A stretch of 64,000 nucleotides of DNA from Candidatus Levyibacteriota bacterium (lineage in GTDB: Bacteria; Patescibacteriota; Microgenomatia; Levybacterales; UBA12049). Below, in pieces: positions 13,119 through 23,233 of the stretch. The first letter of the stretch is position 1; every line of letters starts with the position of its first letter. Location of the stretch: assembly GCA_018061075.1 (NCBI GenBank), contig JAGOUW010000001.1, forward strand, positions 12,401 to 76,400, in the 5' to 3' direction. Below the pieces are notes generated by a model, which made no database searches, was not told where the DNA came from, and worked only from the letters and a program-made list of their open reading frames with translations. The translations under genes were made by a program, and so were the position numbers.

Positions 13119-13193
13119 TCTAAATTTATTCTATAGAAGAATTTTCTTTTTTTCAATTAACTAAAACAATAACTTTTAGCCATTAATACAGAT

Positions 13194-13222
13194 TTGACAA
13201 CTTAAACATAAGATGTTTAAAT
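13194..13222 (+). promoter_or_regulatory. sigma70-like promoter TTGACA-17-TTAAAT, predicting a leaderless transcript for the 13229 ORF
   Basis: TTGACA at 13194, a 17-nt spacer, TTAAAT ending at 13222, ATG at 13229. No Shine-Dalgarno. Confidence 0.4.
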
Positions 13223-13228
13223 GTACAA

Positions 13229-13528
13229 ATGGCTGAAGGCGAAGGATTTATAAGTAGAGTTTTAAATAAATTTGGAGGAAGACCTTCTCATGATGTCACA
13301 CCTACCTCTTTACAAGGAACTTCAACTCCTGATCAAACAACTCCCCAAGATCCAACCCTTGGAAGAGCAAACGTCTTAGATGAAGCTTCGCGAACATTTG
13401 GGGCCACATACACAGGGGCTCCAAGGATGACTCCTCCAACAGCTGAGGGATTGGCAAAAGCTAAAGATGCAGTAGCTTCAGCGCAACCTACCCCACCTAC
13501 ACCAGGAACTCCAACTCAGGGAAGTTAA
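13229..13528 (+). CDS. small Pro/Thr-rich, likely disordered protein (99 aa); GC above the local average
   Basis: Isolated plus-strand ORF with its own consensus promoter. Low-complexity PT-rich composition. Confidence 0.4.
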   Translation: MAEGEGFISRVLNKFGGRPSHDVTPTSLQGTSTPDQTTPQDPTLGRANVLDEASRTFGATYTGAPRMTPPTAEGLAKAKDAVASAQPTPPTPGTPTQGS

Positions 13529-15249
13529 TTCTTCTTATACTGAATTTCAAAGAGGCGTTTTATTTCTTTAACATCAGTCGCATCTTCTGGTTTTTTGTCT
13601 TTATCTCGGAATGAAACTAATCGCGGAAAACGGAGAGCAAAGCCATTTTCTGTTTCAGTTTTTCCAGCTGTATGAAGCGGCGATCTAGTTATTTCATCAG
13701 CTAAAACTTCTATTACTATCTCAGGTTTTATCCAGACTGAAGGTTCAATCGTAGAATTAACTCGAGCTGGCTTATGATCAACTTTAATTTTATCCGCTCG
13801 CGCGTGTATCTCCCGCCATTCATCATCTGACAAACCAGTTCCAATGCGAGAGATACTAACGAACTCATCGCGACCCTTATCGTAAACACCAACCAGTAAT
13901 GCTCCGGCACCAAACTCCACCCTCTTTCCACGCCCTGTAATGTAGCCTAATAAAACGCAGTCAATTGTGTCGCTTAATTCTCCATCAGAATGTCTTTTAA
14001 GTTTTACCCAGTTAAAATTTCTCCCCCCCGCTTCATATGGACTTTGCAATTTTTTGATAACCAATCCCTCAAGTCCTTTTGAAATTGCATCATCAAGTAA
14101 TCCCTGAAGAATCGTTGAATCTATTACTGTTTGATTTTTGGTACGAATCAAAACATCGTCAATTGGTAAAACTTTATCTAGAATCTCCATTCTTTCAGTT
14201 AAGGGTTTATCTAAAAGCTGCTCTCCATCTTTATAGAGAATATCGAAAACAAATGCTTTTAAGGGAAGTGCTTTCGCAGCCTCCTCTATCCCATGCTTTC
14301 TTCTTCTTTTTGTTGTCTCCTGGAATGGTAAAAACTCTTCCGAATCAGGATTATAAGCTAGCGCCTCTGAATCAAGAATTATAGTTTTAGCTTTTATCTG
14401 ATCGAGTGTTGCTTTAATAAGCTCTGGGAACATATGAGTCATCTCTTCAAGATTTCTGCTAAACATACGCACTTTATCTCCATCTTTATGAATTTGAACC
14501 CTAAATCCATCATATTTATATTGCACATCAACCTCTGTCATCTTTTCAATTACTTTTTCAGGGTTTGGAAGACGCTCACACAACTCTGATCGAATTGGAG
14601 AGCCAACTCTAACTTCTAATTTTTCAACAGCTGGCAAACCTTTTTCCCATAAAGTTTTGGCGATCAAACCAAGATCTGACGTACGATTATATGCTCCCTC
14701 TAAAGCTTTTCTTTTAGATTTATCTCCAAGTTTTGCAGTTGCTAATGCGTCCAAAACTGTAGGATCTCCAATTCCTAACCTAGTATTACCGAGTGGAATT
14801 CTTACTAGATGTTTCGCAGAAGAAGCATCAACTTTTCCGAGCAGTCCTGAAAGAAGAGTTTGTCTTTTCTCGACTGTCCCCTCCCCACTTATTTTAGAAA
14901 TCTCTGTCAAAACTTCAAACACTTCACTGACCGTGATATTTGAACTTTTAGAATTAGATAATTCTTGCGCAGCTTTTCCCATATCCCCTAGCTTACTGTT
15001 CAACTTCAAAACATTTTCTTTGTCGCTTCCGTATGCAATACCAATTGAGGATGCTACATTTTTTTCGGCCATTCCTATTTCAAGTGGAGCGAAAAAAGGT
15101 GCAATTCTACCTTGAATTAAATAAACAATTTCTTCAATTTCTTTATCTGGAGTTTTTTTAAACAGCTCTGAAAGTATTTCTATAAGAGATAAACGAGAAC
15201 TTGTCGCTTCTAATTTTTCCAAATATTCTGAAAATTCTGAAAACTTCAT
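13525..15249 (-). CDS. lig: ATP-dependent DNA ligase (archaeal/eukaryotic Lig type)
   Basis: KYDGFR adenylation motif (active-site Lys), plus the nucleotidyltransferase and OB-fold regions. 574 aa with an N-terminal DNA-binding domain. Confidence 0.85.
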   Translation of the reverse strand: MKFSEFSEYLEKLEATSSRLSLIEILSELFKKTPDKEIEEIVYLIQGRIAPFFAPLEIGMAEKNVASSIGIAYGSDKENVLKLNSKLGDMGKAAQELSNSKSSNITVSEVFEVLTEISKISGEGTVEKRQTLLSGLLGKVDASSAKHLVRIPLGNTRLGIGDPTVLDALATAKLGDKSKRKALEGAYNRTSDLGLIAKTLWEKGLPAVEKLEVRVGSPIRSELCERLPNPEKVIEKMTEVDVQYKYDGFRVQIHKDGDKVRMFSRNLEEMTHMFPELIKATLDQIKAKTIILDSEALAYNPDSEEFLPFQETTKRRRKHGIEEAAKALPLKAFVFDILYKDGEQLLDKPLTERMEILDKVLPIDDVLIRTKNQTVIDSTILQGLLDDAISKGLEGLVIKKLQSPYEAGGRNFNWVKLKRHSDGELSDTIDCVLLGYITGRGKRVEFGAGALLVGVYDKGRDEFVSISRIGTGLSDDEWREIHARADKIKVDHKPARVNSTIEPSVWIKPEIVIEVLADEITRSPLHTAGKTETENGFALRFPRLVSFRDKDKKPEDATDVKEIKRLFEIQYKKN

Positions 15250-15641
15250 TCCTTATTTTTTCCTCCCCCATCTTTAGATACTGATTTGTATTCATTATAT
15301 TCTTTGCGTAATTCTTTTAATTTTTTCTCACTCAAATCCTCGAGATCTATAAAATCATTTCTTGCATTTTTATTTGAATGAATTAATTCATCTAGCTTTA
15401 ACTGCGTAGCTCTGTCATTTCTATTCTGTGTATTTTGAATAATGAAAACCGTTAAGAAGGTAATTATCGCTGTCGATGTATTTATTATTAATTCCCATGT
15501 ATCTGAAAAATCAAAAAAAGGTCCAGATAAAATCCAAGTAATTACAAAAAGAATTGCAATCAAAAACATTCCTGGTGAACCTAAAATATCTGATAGCCAA
15601 TTAAAAAGTGACGTTGATAATTTATTAAAATTTTCTTTCAT
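15246..15641 (-). CDS. low-affinity iron permease (Fet4-like) family small membrane protein
   Basis: Two TM helices and the conserved block DTWELIINTSTAIITFLTVFIIQNTQNRNDRATQLKLDELI. Confidence 0.6.
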   Translation of the reverse strand: MKENFNKLSTSLFNWLSDILGSPGMFLIAILFVITWILSGPFFDFSDTWELIINTSTAIITFLTVFIIQNTQNRNDRATQLKLDELIHSNKNARNDFIDLEDLSEKKLKELRKEYNEYKSVSKDGGGKNKE

Positions 15642-15656
15642 TTACTGCATTATACT

Positions 15657-16706
15657 TTATGCCATTACGTATTTTGCGCCTTTGGTACTTCCTGTTTTTT
15701 TAATTATTCCATCTTTTACTAATCCCTTAAGCTCATTTAGAATCGTGTCTTCAGAGACCATAGGAAATAAATTACCAAAAGCTTTGTTTTGAAGATACCC
15801 TATCTTCTGAATATATTCAATAATCTTAATTTGACGCTCTGTTAACATTACAGGTTTTCCTCCAAGTTTTTCTTTTAGATGCGCGTCGATAGAAATATTC
15901 TCAACCTTATCTTTTATTTTTGAGAGTTCAATTGAAAGTCCTTTTGTAAAATATTCTAGCCAAACAGAAAGATCTCCCTGATTATTCGCAACACTTTGAA
16001 GCGCTTTATAATAATCCAAAGCGTCACTATCAAAGTATTCTTCTAAAGAAAAAAAGCGTCTAATGTCATAACCTTCCAAAAATAATAAAAGAGTCGATAA
16101 AGCACGTGCTACCCTACCATTTCCATCTACAAAAGGATGAATTCGGACCAGTTCATAATGAACAATTCCTGATCTCAAAACAGGATGAATATCCATACTA
16201 TCTTTATCATTTATGAATTGCATAAGCTCCTCGATCTGATGATAAATTGCGGTAGAGGGAGGCGGCCTAAAAGTTACCTCTCCTGTAGTGCTATTTTTAA
16301 CTACGACCTGAGTTTTTCTAAAATCCCCCACTTTTTCTGGTGTTAAAATTCTATCCGTTGTAATTTTATGAAGTTCCTTTATTAAATCTTCTGTAATTTT
16401 TACATTCTCTTTAGAACTTAAATGACCAATGTATTCCATCACCTTCCTGTAGTTCATTACCTCCTGAATATCCCGATCGCGAGCTAATACTTCTTTTCCC
16501 TCCATTACTTTTTCAGCTTGATCTAAATTAAGTTCATTTCCCTCAATATGGGTTCCGTAATGAACAGAGCGCACAAGCGCATCCTTCTGGAATTCTCTTT
16601 CGTAATACGGAAGAAGAGGAGCATGATCAATTACTTCACGACAAGCCTCTATTATCCCTATGCTTTTAAGAATATTGTTTGTGATGTTAAACTTTGGCTC
16701 AAACAT
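15657..16706 (-). CDS. fic: Fic/DOC family protein (probable AMP transferase) with C-terminal winged helix
   Basis: Canonical Fic motif HPFVDGNGRVARAL. N-terminal IEGN-containing helix (GTHIEGN) resembling the class II inhibitory motif. Confidence 0.85.
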   Translation of the reverse strand: MFEPKFNITNNILKSIGIIEACREVIDHAPLLPYYEREFQKDALVRSVHYGTHIEGNELNLDQAEKVMEGKEVLARDRDIQEVMNYRKVMEYIGHLSSKENVKITEDLIKELHKITTDRILTPEKVGDFRKTQVVVKNSTTGEVTFRPPPSTAIYHQIEELMQFINDKDSMDIHPVLRSGIVHYELVRIHPFVDGNGRVARALSTLLLFLEGYDIRRFFSLEEYFDSDALDYYKALQSVANNQGDLSVWLEYFTKGLSIELSKIKDKVENISIDAHLKEKLGGKPVMLTERQIKIIEYIQKIGYLQNKAFGNLFPMVSEDTILNELKGLVKDGIIKKTGSTKGAKYVMA

Positions 16707-16740
16707 AATTACGTGGCTAAATGTGCTATAATCATACCAT

Positions 16741-17022
16741 ATGCCGAGTAATTCCCGAGAAACAAAAAAAGAATCTGATCAAAAATTTCACGTAGAACTT
16801 GCGAAACAAATGCTTACGCTATCTACTGCAGCTTTTGGATTAGTTGCGGCTCTAGCTTGGAATGCATTTATTCAAGAATTAGTAGCAAGTTACATTAAGA
16901 AATATTTATCCGTTGGTGGTGCGCTTGTATCAATGGGAATTTATGCGATTATCGTAACTGCTCTAGCGGTTTTTGTGACTTATCAATTAAGCAGAATTAT
17001 TAAAAGACTCGAAAATAAATAG
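16741..17022 (+). CDS. small membrane protein (93 aa, 2 TM)
   Basis: ORF with two hydrophobic helices; no recognised motif. Confidence 0.4.
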   Translation: MPSNSRETKKESDQKFHVELAKQMLTLSTAAFGLVAALAWNAFIQELVASYIKKYLSVGGALVSMGIYAIIVTALAVFVTYQLSRIIKRLENK

Positions 17023-17307
17023 CTAAGGCTTTCGATCTACATCAGTTATTCTTTTTCTTGAATTACCACTAACATCACCTAATAAGCTTATGCCTCGCTC
17101 TCTTAAGCCTCCTGCTTTTACGTTTCTGATATCAAGCGTACCGCTATAATACTGAGGCAATCTAAAGACTACTTCCCCATTCTCTCTAGTTTCAAGCGTA
17201 CCACGTCTAACTCTCGGCTTTGGAGTCGGAAAAGTTAGCCTTGGCTCTAAAGTTCCTTCAGGATTAATTCCTGTATTTGGTTGACCTTCAAAATTCCATC
17301 TACTCAT
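17023..17307 (-). CDS. hypothetical protein (94 aa)
   Basis: ORF upstream of and co-oriented with gpsA. Confidence 0.35.
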   Translation of the reverse strand: MSRWNFEGQPNTGINPEGTLEPRLTFPTPKPRVRRGTLETRENGEVVFRLPQYYSGTLDIRNVKAGGLRERGISLLGDVSGNSRKRITDVDRKP

Positions 17308-17311
17308 ATTA

Positions 17312-18193
17312 TTAAGATTTACTTATTACCTCTTTAAATTTAGCCTCAATTGTCTTAGGAGAATCATCAATTACAGTTTCATAAACAAATTTTGCGAAAG
17401 GAATCTCTACTCCGCCCTTTTCTGATAAAAATGGCACAGAAAGAATATTATTTCTTCCTTCAACTGTACTTGCCACCTGCTGAAGTGCGTCATCTACGCT
17501 CAATTTCGTTAGATATTTTCCAAATCTATAATTTCTACTCTCAAGACTTGAACATGTAAGCACCAGATCCCCCATAATACATTCAATTGCCTCAGGTTCC
17601 ACTTTATAGCCAAATCCTTCACAAAGCGTAATAGTTTCTTTATAAGCATGTCCTATGAGCTGTGATCTAGTATTAATAAAGAATCCTAATCCTTCAGAAA
17701 TTCCACATAAAATAGCATAAATATTCTTAAGTGCTCCAGATAATTCAACAGCCTCTGCGGAGCCCGCAATTTTTACTTTAAAATAATCTGTTTCAAATAG
17801 TTTTTTAATTTTTTCTGCTAGAATAATGTCTCCATCGATTGAGGCTAAATTAACAAGTGTCGGGAGTTTTTCTTCAACTTCTACTGCAAAACTAGGACCG
17901 AAAAGAGAAAAATATTTTATATTCCCTCCTAATACTTCTTTTGCGATCTGGAAAGGAAGCTTATGAGTCCCTTTTTCAATTCCCTTAGAGGTATTAATAA
18001 TAATTGAATTTTTAAGATTTTCTTTATTTTTTGTTAAGACTTCTCTAATTGCTTGCGTTGGTATAGCCAAAACCACGATACTAGCAGGATCAATTTCTGA
18101 TTTTCGATCCCAAACTATATATTCTGCTCCGTTTGTTTTTAAAATTGATGCAATGGCACTTCCCCATGCACCTCTTCCTAAAATTGTTATCAT
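17312..18193 (-). CDS. gpsA: NAD(P)H-dependent glycerol-3-phosphate dehydrogenase
   Basis: N-terminal Rossmann ILGRGAWGSAIA. GPSFAVEV matches the GpsA GPSFAKEV motif. Confidence 0.8.
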   Translation of the reverse strand: MITILGRGAWGSAIASILKTNGAEYIVWDRKSEIDPASIVVLAIPTQAIREVLTKNKENLKNSIIINTSKGIEKGTHKLPFQIAKEVLGGNIKYFSLFGPSFAVEVEEKLPTLVNLASIDGDIILAEKIKKLFETDYFKVKIAGSAEAVELSGALKNIYAILCGISEGLGFFINTRSQLIGHAYKETITLCEGFGYKVEPEAIECIMGDLVLTCSSLESRNYRFGKYLTKLSVDDALQQVASTVEGRNNILSVPFLSEKGGVEIPFAKFVYETVIDDSPKTIEAKFKEVISKS

Positions 18194-18235
18194 ATGAGTG
18201 TGAGATTGAGTATTATAGGCCTTTTTTTAGATTTG

Positions 18236-19051
18236 TCAAATTAGCTTTCTCATTACATGGGGGATTTCGTTAACCAAATCACTCGCGTTATAATAAAGCC
18301 CTACTCTCTCCCCTAGTGATTCTCCAGCTTTTTTATTTATATAACTTGCAGCTGCAGCGCTTAAAACTGCATTATTCTTAGTATAAAATGAAGCTACAAG
18401 CCCAGCCAAAACATCCCCTGTTCCGCCTTTCGTAAGCCCAGCATTTCCTCCTGTTATTTCAATAGCGGATCTAGAATCGCAAACATAGTCCTTTTCACCC
18501 TTAGCTAAAATTGTAAATTCAAACTTCCTAGAAAGTAATTCCACATTTTCTGGATTCAGATCTTTCCCAAAAAGCATTTTAAATTCTTTTTTATTTGGAG
18601 TAATTATTGCGGTTTTTGGTAAAATCTCAGGACTAATTACCTGCAAAGAACCCCCATCTACTACCCACTTTATATTTGGATATTTCATTAAAAACTTTTC
18701 TGTTAGAACTCGTGTATCATCGTCCCCTAACTCCTCACCGTCAGGACGCGGCAAACCTGGACCGATTAAAATAGAATCAGCTTCAGCTATATAATCCTCT
18801 AATTTTTCGCGAGGAACAATTATGCCGTTGATAAACTTAGCCTTAAGCTTCTTAACTATTTCATTATTCATCGGGGTTGAGGAAAAATAGACCATATCTA
18901 CTATTTTTGAGGCTATTTCTAATGCCCAAAAGGCAGAGGAATGAAATAAATGTGAGCCTCCGATTACCAACACTTTTCCATTCTGGCCTTTATGAGAAGA
19001 AGAAGCTGGTACATAAAGTTCTTTTAAAATTGATGGATCAAACTTTTGCAT
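18236..19051 (-). CDS. nnrD: ADP-dependent NAD(P)H-hydrate dehydratase (YjeF C-terminal domain)
   Basis: GQNGKVLVIGGS and GGNAGLTKGGTGDVLAG carbohydrate-kinase-like motifs. Confidence 0.75.
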   Translation of the reverse strand: MQKFDPSILKELYVPASSSHKGQNGKVLVIGGSHLFHSSAFWALEIASKIVDMVYFSSTPMNNEIVKKLKAKFINGIIVPREKLEDYIAEADSILIGPGLPRPDGEELGDDDTRVLTEKFLMKYPNIKWVVDGGSLQVISPEILPKTAIITPNKKEFKMLFGKDLNPENVELLSRKFEFTILAKGEKDYVCDSRSAIEITGGNAGLTKGGTGDVLAGLVASFYTKNNAVLSAAAASYINKKAGESLGERVGLYYNASDLVNEIPHVMRKLI

Positions 19052-20099
19052 TATTTAATTCTATTATCTCCATTGTACGCTGGATTTTCGCAGGAATAAA
19101 CTCCTCATGCGTAGTTGTCACAATTGTTTGTTGATTATCGATAATTCCTAGGATCAAATTAATATGCCCCTCATCTAATTCCGAGAAAACATCATCAAGT
19201 AAAAATATTGGCTTGGTGTCGATATTGTCATGAACATAAGAGAGTTCTAGTAATTTTAGCTGTAAAACTCCCAATCTTTGCTGACCGCGCGATCCAAAAG
19301 ATTTTAGCTCTACAAGCTCACCGACTCCATAATCAAACAATATTTTAAAATCGTCTCTATGAGGCCCAACTAACGTAACTCCAGTCGCAGATTCTGCATC
19401 TCTATACTGCTCCAACCTTTCTTTTGAGATCAAACTTTTATCGTATTCTATTTTAAAATCAAAAATATCTTTCTTTGATTCATTCAAAAAATTTATAAAC
19501 TCTTCTCTTTTTCTCGTAATTACGTTTCCATTTCGGATTACCAGACTATCCCAATACTCAAATTCTTTTTCGTGTCTTGCTCCAGTTTCTTTTGCGATTT
19601 CTAAAAGCGCATTTCTCTGTTTTAAAGCTTTAGAAAAACCCAAAGACGCGATTCTATAGTCTCTGTCTGTTTGGTCTAAAACATTATCTAAGAAATTTCT
19701 GCGAAGTCCTGGAGACCCAACAACTATTTCCAAATCCTGAGGGGAAAAAAGAACTGAGGGAAAATTTCCTACAAAGTCCGCTCTTCTTTTTGCGACTCCA
19801 TTTACAAAAAATCTTTTATATTGCGCTCTTACACCTGCCACTTCCCCCACCGTTACTCCAACTTCTAAGTCAATATCAGAAACTCTGGCTTTTACTTTTC
19901 CCAATTCATGTCCGATTTTTACCATTTGAGAATCTTTTTCCGCCCTAAAACTTTTCCCAGTGGATAAAAGAAAAATAGATTCAATTAGATTTGATTTTCC
20001 CGCAGTATTTGGGCCAATTATTATTAAAGATTTATCTTTAAAATCAAATGAAGATTTCTTATAATTGCGAAAGTTTTGAAGAGTAAGATGGGATAGCAC
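19038..20099 (-). CDS. recF: DNA replication and repair protein RecF
   Basis: N-terminus LTLQNFRNY...GPNTAGKSNLIESI (Walker A). C-terminal SMC-like signature and Walker B (ILLDDVFSELD). Confidence 0.85.
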   Translation of the reverse strand: MLSHLTLQNFRNYKKSSFDFKDKSLIIIGPNTAGKSNLIESIFLLSTGKSFRAEKDSQMVKIGHELGKVKARVSDIDLEVGVTVGEVAGVRAQYKRFFVNGVAKRRADFVGNFPSVLFSPQDLEIVVGSPGLRRNFLDNVLDQTDRDYRIASLGFSKALKQRNALLEIAKETGARHEKEFEYWDSLVIRNGNVITRKREEFINFLNESKKDIFDFKIEYDKSLISKERLEQYRDAESATGVTLVGPHRDDFKILFDYGVGELVELKSFGSRGQQRLGVLQLKLLELSYVHDNIDTKPIFLLDDVFSELDEGHINLILGIIDNQQTIVTTTHEEFIPAKIQRTMEIIELNNAKV

Positions 20100-20103
20100 G
20101 TGC

Positions 20104-20811
20104 CTATTCTATCACAGTGCCAACGAAGTCCTGTCCCTTGAAGTAACTTTCAAGATTTTCAATATTATTTCCATTAAGAACTACTACTTTTACACCTAAT
20201 TCATCTGCCTTTTTAGATGCAATTGGATCAAATGGACTGTTCATTCCAGGAATCCACTCATCTCCTACCATTTTTCTAAAATCAGCCCATGAAATCTTAT
20301 CAAGCGGCTTTGCATCAGGATTTTTTCTTGGATCTTCGCTGTAAACTTGATCTATGTTTGATAAATTTATAAGCTCCTTAATTCCGTAATCTTCACAAAT
20401 CATTACAGAACAATAATCAGTAGACCAACCAGGCTTCCAACCAGATGCGACAACTACTCTCTCCTCTACCTTTCTAATAATTTCATAATGCTTAAGTACA
20501 AATGGGTGGGCAATATCTCTAAAAATAGTTCTAACTAAGTGGGCGTTCATTTTAGTGGCGTGGATTCCTAGCCAATCTAAATCATCACGAGTAAGCTCAT
20601 GCTTAATTACTTCTGCTCCTGCATCTCTATAGTGGCGGGCGATTGTCCCTCCCCCTGTTATCAAAAAAAATTGGCGGTTAGGATTTGCCGCCAACTGTTC
20701 TCTTACGAACTTATTTAGCTTCTCTAGGAACTTAGTGTCAATTCCTCCGTCGGGATAAATAAGGGATCCTCCGACTGAAATTACGACCTTATCTGTATAG
20801 TTTGAACCCAT
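20104..20811 (-). CDS. pyrH: uridylate (UMP) kinase
   Basis: Amino-acid-kinase fold: VISVGGS...ITGGG. C-terminal VYSEDPRKNPDAKPLDKIS matches the PyrH conserved block. Confidence 0.7.
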   Translation of the reverse strand: MGSNYTDKVVISVGGSLIYPDGGIDTKFLEKLNKFVREQLAANPNRQFFLITGGGTIARHYRDAGAEVIKHELTRDDLDWLGIHATKMNAHLVRTIFRDIAHPFVLKHYEIIRKVEERVVVASGWKPGWSTDYCSVMICEDYGIKELINLSNIDQVYSEDPRKNPDAKPLDKISWADFRKMVGDEWIPGMNSPFDPIASKKADELGVKVVVLNGNNIENLESYFKGQDFVGTVIE

Positions 20812-20882
20812 AAATAAGCTTAAAAAAAGACCCTAAAGGGTATTTCAATTGCACTAATTCTATTCCAATGAACCCCTAAACG

Positions 20883-22352
20883 TCAATACACTATTCTTTT
20901 TTGAATAATAGTTCCGCTGGGACGAGTAACAGTTTTTTCAATTTCCCCAGTTTTTATTACGGTTTCCAACCACCCTTCATAAGACCATGGCTTCTCAGGA
21001 TCAGGTTCAATAATTAGATAAAGTGATCCCTTTTTCTCTTTTCCAGGAATATAGCCGTATTTTCTCTCCCCGTGCCACCACAATAAATAATCGTATGCGT
21101 GGGTGTAAACAGGAGGAGTGAATACTAAAACATTGAAGTCTCTTGAATTTGCATCCTTATATACGAAATCTATTGCATCAGTTTTACCTTTTATCTTTGA
21201 CCCCCCACCATGATCATTAAAATCATTTCTATACCATGTTAAAGTTTGGCGCGCAAACATGGCTAAAAACAAGAGCAAAGCTACTACAATTAGTATTCTT
21301 TGCTTTTGTTGCCTTGATAAATAAGCAAAGGATATTCCTGCGATAAAACTAAAAATAATAGGCAACTCCAAAAACCACCAGGCCCACAGCATAGACTTAA
21401 GAGGAAGCATTAAGACAAAAAGTATGAGTGGGTTCAGGACTAAGAACAAAACAAACTTCTTAAGCTCACTTTCCGTCTTTTTATCCTTGAATAGCTGAAT
21501 CAATCCTGCGGCAGAAATAAGAGAGATAATCCCAGCTATCCATAGCTCTCCCGAAACTGATAATAGTGCGTCTCTAAATACATCCAGGTGATTTGTAAAA
21601 GAATACTGAAGGTCTCCTGAAGAATAAGTAGCAAACCTAATTATGCCTCTCAAATTCAAAAAATCGTGCCTTAAATCAAAAAGAATTAGTGGTAATTGCG
21701 TAACAATAAGTAGAAAGACTGATGTGAGAATAGTTTTTAGTCTGAAAATCCCTTTAGGTCTAATTAATAATAGGGTCAGAAAGGTTGAAGCGCCAAAAGT
21801 AACCGCAGTTGCTATTTCAAAGTGAGACATTAGGCCCAGTGTAAATGCAGCCAAAGGCAAACCAACGCTTTTCCCTCTATAAGCTAGAAAAACAAAATAT
21901 AAAAATAAGACAGTCACAGGAGCAATAAAAAAAGGAGGCCAAATAAAACGAGATTGATAAACTATTCCAACTGAGGCAGCAATAAATAATGCGATTAATA
22001 GGCTTGTTCTCTTTCCAAGAGAATTTTTAAACAAAACGGGAACTAGAATGATTGTCAGAATGCCCATAATAAACATGAGAACCATCCCTCCATAAGGGTT
22101 TCCACCAAAAAGAACAAATGGGATAATTAGAAGATAATAAAACCCTGGGCCTTGGAAAAATCCCCCAATCCCTCCTACCTCCATACCAATTAAAGTAGGA
22201 TGTTTATTTACAACAATATCCTTTACGGCCTGGTAGTAAGCTCCCTGATCAAATAAAAAAAGGTAATTTCCTGAAAGAAGTTCAATTGCTCTAGGTATTG
22301 CTCCAATTAAAAGAATTCCTATGACCAAAAGAGGAAAATTGTATCTCTTCAC
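20883..22352 (-). CDS. polytopic membrane protein with C-terminal soluble domain; possible GT-C-type glycosyltransferase (PMT/ArnT-like)
   Basis: Roughly 12 TM helices followed by a C-terminal domain of about 110 aa. No catalytic motif assigned with confidence. Confidence 0.35.
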   Translation of the reverse strand: MKRYNFPLLVIGILLIGAIPRAIELLSGNYLFLFDQGAYYQAVKDIVVNKHPTLIGMEVGGIGGFFQGPGFYYLLIIPFVLFGGNPYGGMVLMFIMGILTIILVPVLFKNSLGKRTSLLIALFIAASVGIVYQSRFIWPPFFIAPVTVLFLYFVFLAYRGKSVGLPLAAFTLGLMSHFEIATAVTFGASTFLTLLLIRPKGIFRLKTILTSVFLLIVTQLPLILFDLRHDFLNLRGIIRFATYSSGDLQYSFTNHLDVFRDALLSVSGELWIAGIISLISAAGLIQLFKDKKTESELKKFVLFLVLNPLILFVLMLPLKSMLWAWWFLELPIIFSFIAGISFAYLSRQQKQRILIVVALLLFLAMFARQTLTWYRNDFNDHGGGSKIKGKTDAIDFVYKDANSRDFNVLVFTPPVYTHAYDYLLWWHGERKYGYIPGKEKKGSLYLIIEPDPEKPWSYEGWLETVIKTGEIEKTVTRPSGTIIQKRIVY

Positions 22353-22366
22353 AGACTAAGTATATC

Positions 22367-23233
22367 TTATTTTTGACAATTCCCACAAAAGAAAGTGCCC
22401 CGCCCTCCTAAGAATATTTTCTTAATTTCAACTCTACAATTAAGACATGGCTTACCTTTTCTCCCATATACCAAAAAATAATTTTGATATGTTCCTTCTT
22501 CTCCAAATGCATTCACGTAAGTCATCTCACTTGCTCCTCCATACTTAAGTCCACGATGCAAAACTTCAAGTAAAGACTCAAAGAGTTTTTTCTTTTCTTT
22601 ACTAGTCAAATCTTTCGCTTTTCTCCTTGGATCAATTTTGGCGAGAAATAAACCATCATTAGCATAAATATTTCCAATTCCTCCTATCTTTTTCTGATCC
22701 ATAATTAATGGTTTTATGGAGAGAGTTGATTTAGATAAAATAGCCTCAAATTGCTGAAAAGTTAAAGCTTTTTGCCCACTCGAAGGTATTGGCTCAGGGC
22801 CAAGTTCTTTAAAAAAAGAGAGCGACTTAACTTCATCTTTTTTAAGAATTTTCAACCAACCGAACTGACGAATATCATTATAATAAAGCATTGCGCCCTT
22901 ATTTAGCGTAAAAATTACATGAGTATATTTATTCGGAACTTTCCCAACTTTTTGAGGTGAAATGTGAATATTTCTATTTTTGATAAAAGCTAAATCATTG
23001 TAAATTAGCTGACCAGTCATCTTAATGTGAATTGCTAAAACATATTCATTTTCAAATTCAATCACTAAACCCTTCCCAAAACGCTCTATCTTAATAATTT
23101 TTGAGTCAATGATATTTTGAGGATCACCCGTAAATATTCTTTTTAATCTAACTTCAACTGAGGCTATTTTATGACCTACTAGATATTTTTGAAGACCAAG
23201 TCTAATAGTTTCAACTTCTGGTAATTCAGGCAT
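22367..23233 (-). CDS. fpg: formamidopyrimidine-DNA glycosylase / Nei family
   Basis: N-terminal MPELPEVE (catalytic Pro2/Glu3). H2TH region. C-terminal CxxC...CxxC zinc finger. Confidence 0.85.
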   Translation of the reverse strand: MPELPEVETIRLGLQKYLVGHKIASVEVRLKRIFTGDPQNIIDSKIIKIERFGKGLVIEFENEYVLAIHIKMTGQLIYNDLAFIKNRNIHISPQKVGKVPNKYTHVIFTLNKGAMLYYNDIRQFGWLKILKKDEVKSLSFFKELGPEPIPSSGQKALTFQQFEAILSKSTLSIKPLIMDQKKIGGIGNIYANDGLFLAKIDPRRKAKDLTSKEKKKLFESLLEVLHRGLKYGGASEMTYVNAFGEEGTYQNYFLVYGRKGKPCLNCRVEIKKIFLGGRGTFFCGNCQK

